Source: an uncultured Nitrososphaeraceae archaeon
GTDB lineage: Archaea; Thermoproteota; Nitrososphaeria; Nitrososphaerales; Nitrososphaeraceae
Reading direction: 5' to 3'
Assembly (NCBI GenBank): GCA_963779615.1
Contig: CAVZZA010000003.1
Location: 224,001 to 288,000 of the forward strand
DNA: 64,000 bases
A program made the position numbers and the translations under genes. Below, one piece after another: positions 57,232 through 64,000 of the stretch. Each line of letters begins with the position of its first letter. Positions within the stretch are counted from its first letter, which is position 1. The notes under the pieces are model-generated. The model saw nothing but the letters and a program-made list of their open reading frames with translations, searched no databases and was not told the DNA's origin.

Positions 57232-57801
57232 TCAAACAAAATTTATTCCTGCAGCTCTTAAACATTCTATAAGAGCATTAATTTTGATTTGATCAACTCC
57301 TATACTTTGTAAAAGCAATATAAGGCCAGACTCAACGATAGGGTCAACATTACAAAATGCAGAAATTGAGGCTGCTACATTATCTTCGACTTGAAGTATT
57401 TGTGATGAAATAAGGAAAGTGGTGAAACACTGTACACAGGTTAGTGGTGTTGGAGTTGGTGGTTGAGTTGGAGTTGGTGGTTGAGTTGGAGTTGGTGTTG
57501 AGGTTGATTGTTGGATAGTCTTACTTTGCTCATTGAACCCCTTTGCTTCATTGTCTTTGCCAATTATCTCTTGGCCTTGATTTGCTTGCTTGCAATCGGC
57601 ATCTCTATAGCATATATTGTCTTGTTCCGTTTTTTGGCTTGCACTCTTTTTGTCTACTTTAGTGCTTTCTTTTATTGATGATTTAAATTCACTAGTTTTT
57701 TTATGTTGGTCTGCATATGACTGAATTGGAATAATACTTGTTCCCATTATTAATAACAACGTGATTGCTAATATCAATAAAATATTTTTTGCATTGGTCA
57801 T
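57232..57801 (-). CDS. Secreted QDNxC-module protein with a Pro/Thr linker and a Cys-containing helical domain
   Basis: QSYA signal end, QDNICYRDADCKQANQGQ, PTQPPTPT repeats, TCVQCF...LIECL. Confidence 0.8.
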   Translation of the reverse strand: MTNAKNILLILAITLLLIMGTSIIPIQSYADQHKKTSEFKSSIKESTKVDKKSASQKTEQDNICYRDADCKQANQGQEIIGKDNEAKGFNEQSKTIQQSTSTPTPTQPPTPTQPPTPTPLTCVQCFTTFLISSQILQVEDNVAASISAFCNVDPIVESGLILLLQSIGVDQIKINALIECLRAAGINFV

Positions 57802-58175
57802 AGGTGAAATTAACGATCTTTTAAGATATATTAAGAGTAAGTATATTAAAAAGTAAAGCTTGTTTCTCAAGTAAGTGGGTGTAAAAAATTAACATAACAT
57901 TACTAGCAGAAACAATACAGAATTAACATATACTACAATTCTTGATTTAATTGTCATATAAATTAGGGAAAGTAGATGTTAAACCAGGATTTTTAAGTCC
58001 ATGATAAATTTGTTTTCTTCTGTGTATTACAATTGTCATAGATAAGTTGAAAATAAAGAATGTTGTGAATGATTGTTTACCACCCTTGGATGATTATACT
58101 AGCCAATACACGCGGACCTGTGGATGAAGAAATATCCACGGGAGTTAGGATATGATGATGATGGGGATAACCTGG

Positions 58176-59746
58176 TTATGACGGGTTTAGATTACCCTTT
58201 GCAAAGTATATGTTAAAGTCATTAATTTCAAAAACATTCCATATAGCATATACATTAGTGCCCGATATGGCAACGTCATTCAAGATAGAATTTAAGTCCC
58301 CTAGACTACTGCTTATGCTGATTGGCTCACTGAAGGTATTGCCTGCATCAGTGCTACCCACAAAAAATATTTCAGCATGGGAAGTTGGAGAAGTCAATCT
58401 TTCTTCCCATGTTATAGCCGCATTATTAACATCCACGTCAATGTGTGGGTTTTGTGAAACTGTACCTGGTGGTAACTAGCACTCAAGTTAACAGGACTGC
58501 CAAAACTTTGCCCACCATCTGTGCTTTTTAGTAAAAACACATCTCTCTCTATGACACCGTTAACAGGATATGCCTGACCATATACCACGTATACGTTGTT
58601 TCCAAATACCTTAATGTCAGGAAGTGAAGATTCAGGAGCAGTCAAGGCAACGGGGGAGGTAAAACCAAGTCCCCCATTGCTGCTTTTAGTGTATAGTATT
58701 TTGCAGTTGGAATTGGTCATCAGGTTATCACAATCCGACCATGCAACGTGTACATTGCTTCCAAATGCAGCTATTGATGGATTTTTTGAGAGCGTTCCTG
58801 GATTATTGCTTATATTGATAGGGGTACTATAAGTTGCTCCACCATCTGTACTTGATGCGAAGAATGTTTCTGAATCACTTCCATCTGGAGAAGTGCTAAA
58901 GTCTTGCCATGTCACATATACGTTATTTCCAGAGACAGCTACCTCCCCATTTCTGCCATTTGCGAGAGGCCCCGGATTCAATACAACGGGTGGACCAAAG
59001 TTGACACCACCGTCTGTGCTCTTTACAATGACTACCTCGCTTACAGTTGTAACTCGGGCCCACACAACATACACATTATTGTTGTTATTATTGTCCACAG
59101 CAACGTCCGGTAAAAATGAAAATGAGGTAGTTTGATCACTTAATGGAATAGGAGTGCTAAATGTAGCACCACCGTCTGTGCTTTTCGCAAACAATATGTT
59201 ACCCTGAACAAGAGAACCATTTGTCCACACAGCGTATACACTGCTCCCAGAAGATGCAATATGCGGGTCGGTTTGATCTCCCAGGCGATTGTCCAAAGGT
59301 ACCGGATTACTAAATGATGGCTGAGGTGGTTGTGGTGGTTGTGGTGTTCCTGGAGGCCCTTGTTGCCCTTGATCTCTATCTCCATTAGAGCCTTGTGTTC
59401 CAGGCGATAACGCTGAAGTGGTGGTATTAGCAAGAATAGATCTCTGGTCATTGAAGCCTGAAGCGGTGTTGTCTTTGCCCTCTAACTGTTGGCCTTCGTT
59501 TGCCTGCTCGCAACCGTCGTCCCTATAGCAGAGGTTGTCCTGGCCTAAATGCTGGTTTGTTTTTTCGGATTTTGCGTTTACGTCCTTTTGGATGCTGTCC
59601 TTGTAGTCCTTGGTGATTTTATAATCGCCATCATTGTCACCACCACCAGCAGGTCGGCATACGCTTGGACTGGAGACCAAATTCGGCCCCGTGACCAACA
59701 AGGATGCTAATGCGGATATTATCAACAGACACCGTAAAATGTTCAT
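58176..59746 (-). pseudogene. Secreted QDNxC-module protein with a BNR/Asp-box (sialidase-like) propeller, frameshift near 58475
   Basis: QDNLCYRDDGCEQANEGQQ; repeated STDGG.TF Asp boxes; the last blade is in ORF 58176-58436. Confidence 0.82.
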
Positions 59747-59849
59747 ATATGGAAGATTGGTAAGTTTTTCGATTTATATGGAATAGGGCATTTGACACTG
59801 CAATTTCATTTTGTGTTTATCGTCCTGTAAAAAACAGCATAACACTGAC

Positions 59850-60551
59850 ACTAAACAAAGCAGAGGAAATGTTTACGGGTATCTTCCATTTTGATAGTCC
59901 CATATCTAGCCACCCTTGATAAACATACAACCTTGACAGCACCTTTAAAACTGTCTTGCTTGCTGGCTCCTTTCCAAAAGCATGGCATCATACTCGTCTA
60001 TCCTTTTTGTCAGGTCGTCCACATCCCTTTCCAGCTGGAACTTTATTGAGTTCAGCTTGCCAATCTCCCCTGCGACTTCATAAAGTTCACAATTAAGGCT
60101 CTTTCAGTTTTCCCGCCATCTGGATAATATTGAAAATGTCTATCTTGTTACAAAGGCCTTCATTTTTTAGGTCATGATAAAGATATTCCAGGAGATATAT
60201 GTCATCTTCCATCTCCCGATATATAGTCATCAACTTTTGCAAGTTCAGCAGCCGCAGGTAGTCAGAATACATGCTTAACACTTCATCTGTTTCTATGTCC
60301 AAGGTAATGGCGATGTCCACCAAGCTTTTGCCCTCCTTAAAAAGCCTGAATGCCCTGGAATACAGTGATTTACTACCGCCTTGACAATCTGAATCCTCCC
60401 CGGTGTGTTTTCTGATTATGGTACCTATGTCTTTTAGAGATATGTGGGCTACCTGAGCTATATGCCTTGTGGTCTTGCCGGCCTCTGCCAGCTGGATAAC
60501 TAGTTTCTCCTTTTCGTCTCGCTTCAGAATCACTTTAGGACAAGTATGCAT
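59850..60551 (-). pseudogene. HTH plus coiled-coil protein, frameshifted
   Basis: GKTTRHIAQVAHIS.KDI HTH, AFRLFKEGKS.VDIAI; continuation in another frame below 60093. Confidence 0.55.
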
Positions 60552-60695
60552 ATAGCCAAAGAGTTTAAGAGTCCTGATTCCCTGATTCTTTTGTCTGACA
60601 GGACAGCATTAAATGATAACAGACACAAATGCATGCACCTGATTGACAAAGGGCAAAGGCTTAACCCTTTAATACTTTTTCCCCTTACCTTAGCC

Positions 60696-61124
60696 ATGTC
60701 CCTTCTCTCCAAGTCAGAGATCCAATACCTTCAGGGCCAAAAGCAGGTTTCAAAGTCCTACGAGTACAAGTTAAAGTCCATCATCAGGAAAAAGATAACC
60801 CACCTATTGGACAAGGAGGTGCCGCTTTTGTCAACCCTCTTTCCCAAGCTCAACCTTACGGGATTCGGTAAGGAGGAAGGCCCTTTCGAGTCGCAGATCC
60901 CGGGTTCAAATCCCGGCCGGAGCATCGCTTCTTTTCCGACATATCAAAGTTTTGGCAACTTACGCCACAACAATAACACAAAATTTCAAGATAGTGAGGG
61001 AAACAGCAAAAAACCTACGTTTTCAAACTGTCCTCCTAATCACCTCAGTGTGGTAATGCCCACTAAAGTTGTTGCAGACACCTTACTGACGAGAGCCGCC
61101 ACATGTAGACGGCAAGGTATTTGA
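60696..61124 (+). pseudogene. Integrase N-terminal fragment int(N) running through the right att
   Basis: MSLLSKSEIQ...GKEEG|PFESQIPGSNPGRS is in the same frame as int(C) at the left att. Confidence 0.82.
60882..61086 (+). repeat. Right att direct repeat (tRNA-Glu 3' half plus 162 bp)
   Basis: Copy of 41782-41986. Confidence 0.95.
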
Positions 61125-61139
61125 CCCTGTGCGTATTTA

Positions 61140-61414
61140 CCAGCAGGTAAAGATTGGGAGTATCTAGGCGTGGACCCTCAAAAGCACGGATGATGATGAT
61201 CCCCCTTCCAATTGCATGTAAATGAGTCAGGTGAGGTCGGCGAATGCCCAACCATACGACACTCATGGTTTACAGGTCACGGTGTTGAATCCAGGCCACG
61301 TCGAGGTGGGGATCCGAACCCCGTTCAATCATTTCACTGGAAAGATGCCCTATCACTGTCACTCCCTATTCCATTGGATGGCAGAGTGGGGGTGTTGTCG
61401 AGGTGGTGAAATAG
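61140..61414 (+). pseudogene. Multicopper oxidase C-terminal remnant
   Basis: PPFQLHVN (from HPFHxH) and FTGKMPYHCHSLFH...GVVEVVK* over shifted frames. Confidence 0.6.
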
Positions 61415-61989
61415 CAACATTCTAAGCGGCTCCACATTAAGCAAGATACAGTTTGGGCTAGCTGACGGTGCCATATTTTGGATTTGAACCTTGTTATATA
61501 TATAAAAGTATTTCGATGATAGATATACTGATGGGTAATTCATAATAAATTGGTGTCCCTAATGACACCGCCATTGCTTTAAGCAATAGGAAGAGGCTGT
61601 TGGAGAGCGTCTAATCCCCCCTATAGCATATCACCAAGACGTTAATAAACAAAGAATATACCATGGCCTTTCTCTTGTTAATGGAGGTGTATGGATACCT
61701 GTTATTTGTCTTATCCATTATCGGGTATTATTATCTATTTATAACCATTACATGTCAGCATAGGGGGATACTTGCAAATGGTAAATTCTTTATACTAGTC
61801 TATACCACACACCCCAAATAATTGTGTGCGGGTCCCCAGCAGATACTGTGTCTTGTTTGCAGACAGGCACAATTGACATAATACCTTTATTTGCAGCCAT
61901 ATGGATGTACCAAGGTATTAAAAGTCCAGCGAAGGAGGTACAGCAGTTCGACAGTCTATGAAGGTGCAAGTCAAATGCATCCACTCACA

Positions 61990-62420
61990 GGATGCCCACG
62001 GCTTTAACAGCCCCTAAAACTATTGGGAGGCGACCAGGCATTAAAGAGCATGTTTTGGATGGGTTGTTTGGAGGATGGATGGATCATTAATCTTTGCACC
62101 ACGTTACTTTATGGAGCAGGGCTTGGCTCCTTGCCTACTAGGACACACCACCTAATACCATGAAAGCTACCTCGGTCACCACCACCATCGTAGTCATCTA
62201 CCGCTTCCAAAAACGACCTTTTGTAGGACAAGCCAGCAAGGGTTGACGACGTCCACAACCTGCATCAATACCGCGTCTGGCAACGGGTATGACCAAGTTT
62301 CCGAGTCATGGCACTTCACACCAAAAAATTGAAAGCCGTTCATAGGTGAATGACCAATGTGAAGAATGGGGACATGGGTCTTTGGCAGATCTCTATCCAT
62401 TACTGCCAGGCTGCCATGGC
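61990..62420 (-). pseudogene. Possible SAM methyltransferase remnant
   Basis: Minus-strand fragments IDAGCG and DRGSFHG. Confidence 0.3.
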
Positions 62421-62595
62421 TAAATCACCATAGGTGCAGATCTGCTCTAGGTGTTGGTTTTGACAACAAAGATGGGACCTTAATATTATCCTTACCCTTA
62501 TTCACACCTTCCAGAGCAGCATCAGGTTGAGATTGAAAGGCAAGCAAGCATTAATAAGATGATTTTAATTTAAATAAGACGGCTAGGAAGAATAT

Positions 62596-63471
62596 TTGAA
62601 CAATAGAGATTTTCTTTTAAATCCATTCGTTAAAAAATTTTATAACTACATCAATAAAATTAATGATTCTTTAAAAAGAGAATTGGAATTGTATTCATGG
62701 TCAGAGTTCTTTTTACCCCTAAAATATGCTTGTGATGGAGGCAAAAGAATAAGGCCCCTTATTCTAACCCTATCCGCAGAAAGCCTAAACAACGGTAACC
62801 TTGAGTCCCTAAACTCAAGGGCCATAGAGAACATTTACACGGTTTCAACAGCCATTGAACTGCTGCACACCGAATCAGTAATCCACGATGACATAATCGA
62901 TTCGGACAACATTAGAAGGGGCATGCCATCCTTTCATGTAAAATACGGGTACAACGCAAGCATATTGACAGCAGATTTTATCCTAGGCATCATATTGAAC
63001 ATTGGGGCAAAGATAAGCAACAACCATGTGTCAAAAGAACTCTCCAATGCGGTGCTAAAGATGAGTGAGGGGGAGATGATGGAGCTGAGGCTGGTCAAAA
63101 ATCAGCACATATCCCAAAATGATTACATAAAAGTAATAGAAAACAAAACAGCCTCGTTGTTCGAGGCGTCAGCAAAAATAGGGGCGATTCTAGGGTCGGG
63201 AAATGATAAGGAGATTAATGCGCTTGCCAATTATGGAAAGTTATTGGGAATTGCCTACCAAATACATGACGATTTAATTGACTATAACAACGAAGACAGA
63301 TTATTTAACATTTTTGTGAAACAAAATGACGAGGATAACAAATGTGTCGAAATAATGGAAAACACTTATCTGAACTATTCTGATCTTGCCCGAAAGGAAC
63401 TGGAATCGATCAACAACAACAATTCCAAGAAAACATTAGAGGAATTGACCAATCTTGAATCCATAACATAG
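62596..63471 (+). CDS. Polyprenyl (geranylgeranyl) diphosphate synthase
   Basis: GGKRIRP, HDDIID...RRG, KTASLF and YQIHDDLID motifs. Confidence 0.92.
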   Translation: MNNRDFLLNPFVKKFYNYINKINDSLKRELELYSWSEFFLPLKYACDGGKRIRPLILTLSAESLNNGNLESLNSRAIENIYTVSTAIELLHTESVIHDDIIDSDNIRRGMPSFHVKYGYNASILTADFILGIILNIGAKISNNHVSKELSNAVLKMSEGEMMELRLVKNQHISQNDYIKVIENKTASLFEASAKIGAILGSGNDKEINALANYGKLLGIAYQIHDDLIDYNNEDRLFNIFVKQNDEDNKCVEIMENTYLNYSDLARKELESINNNNSKKTLEELTNLESIT

Positions 63472-63730
63472 CATCACGGCAAACAATGTGTAATAACTCG
63501 ATGAATGTCTTCCTCAACCAACAGCAGCGTCAGGGCAAAAACCAGCAAAAAAAAAACAGCAGCAGAGCCACCACCATGCCTCCCCCTTCTGAAACCTGGC
63601 ACACATCCAAAACTGAAAGCCTCTGCAACATTGTGTCTATTCTAAAAAACCATGACCGGATGTTGATGTTGCAGCAATGAAAAATAGAATCCAGTTTTTG
63701 ATCATGCTGGTCCTGGTAAATACCATTATG

Positions 63731-64000
63731 CTATTCTAGGACCTTTCGGGCAAACCCAAGGTAGGTGGTATGTCCTATCATCCTCATGGATGGTCGGGTT
63801 TTTCCCTCTCGTGCCTCAATCCTTCTTAAGAAAGTTTCAACGCATTCAATGTCAATAAACCCACTTGGAAAAAACTGGGTCGCCAGTTTTTCAAGCTGGT
63901 TCATAGTGGGGCATATACAGGCCACAGAGGCCCCACTTTTCATGCATGGATGGACAACATCAAGATACATCCATGGATCGCCAAGGTCGATTATCACCAA
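63731..64000 (-). CDS. trmI: tRNA (adenine-N1)-methyltransferase, 3' part (runs off the window)
   Basis: IDLGDPW, CPTMNQ and RPSMRMIGHTTYL motifs. Confidence 0.85.
   Translation of the reverse strand: MVIIDLGDPWMYLDVVHPCMKSGASVACICPTMNQLEKLATQFFPSGFIDIECVETFLRRIEAREGKTRPSMRMIGHTTYLGFARKVLE

Larger units (their letters stand above)
41782..61086. mobile_element. Integrated plasmid-like element (19.1 kb) in tRNA-Glu with a split SSV-type integrase
   Basis: 205-bp direct repeats at both ends, int(C) on the left and int(N) on the right, primase-helicase inside; no capsid gene recognised. Confidence 0.9.

Noticed and set aside
41782-61086. Provirus
   Set aside because: No recognisable capsid, portal, terminase or packaging ATPase gene.

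Overview
Archaeal DNA, most likely an ammonia-oxidising Nitrososphaerales / Nitrosocosmicus-like genome. This is inferred from the archaeal tRNAs, an SSV-type split integrase and the AT-rich intergenic style. Layout: (1) 343-8079, an intact glycine-cleavage and lipoate cluster (lpdA, lplA plus its C-terminal subunit, gcvPB, gcvPA, gcvH, gcvT, divergent lipA). (2) About 8.3-40.8 kb, an accessory tract of small enzymes and many pseudogenes. It is punctuated by at least nine same-orientation copies of the 3' end of the tRNA(CAT) at 40819-40892, which cut it into 0.45-8.5 kb blocks with no recognisable integrase (a candidate tRNA-anchored cassette array). (3) A TenA/PqqC/CADD-like gene between two divergent tRNAs. 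(4) A 19.1-kb plasmid-like element (41782-61086) integrated in an intron-containing tRNA-Glu(TTC), with a split tyrosine integrase disrupted by an IS5, a primase-helicase, a probable origin and cargo. (5) Decayed remnants, then core genes (polyprenyl synthase, trmI). A family of secreted proteins with a shared Cys2/Gln/Asn-rich N-terminal module and unrelated C-termini occurs seven times across both mobile regions. All family assignments come from motif recognition by eye, not database searches.
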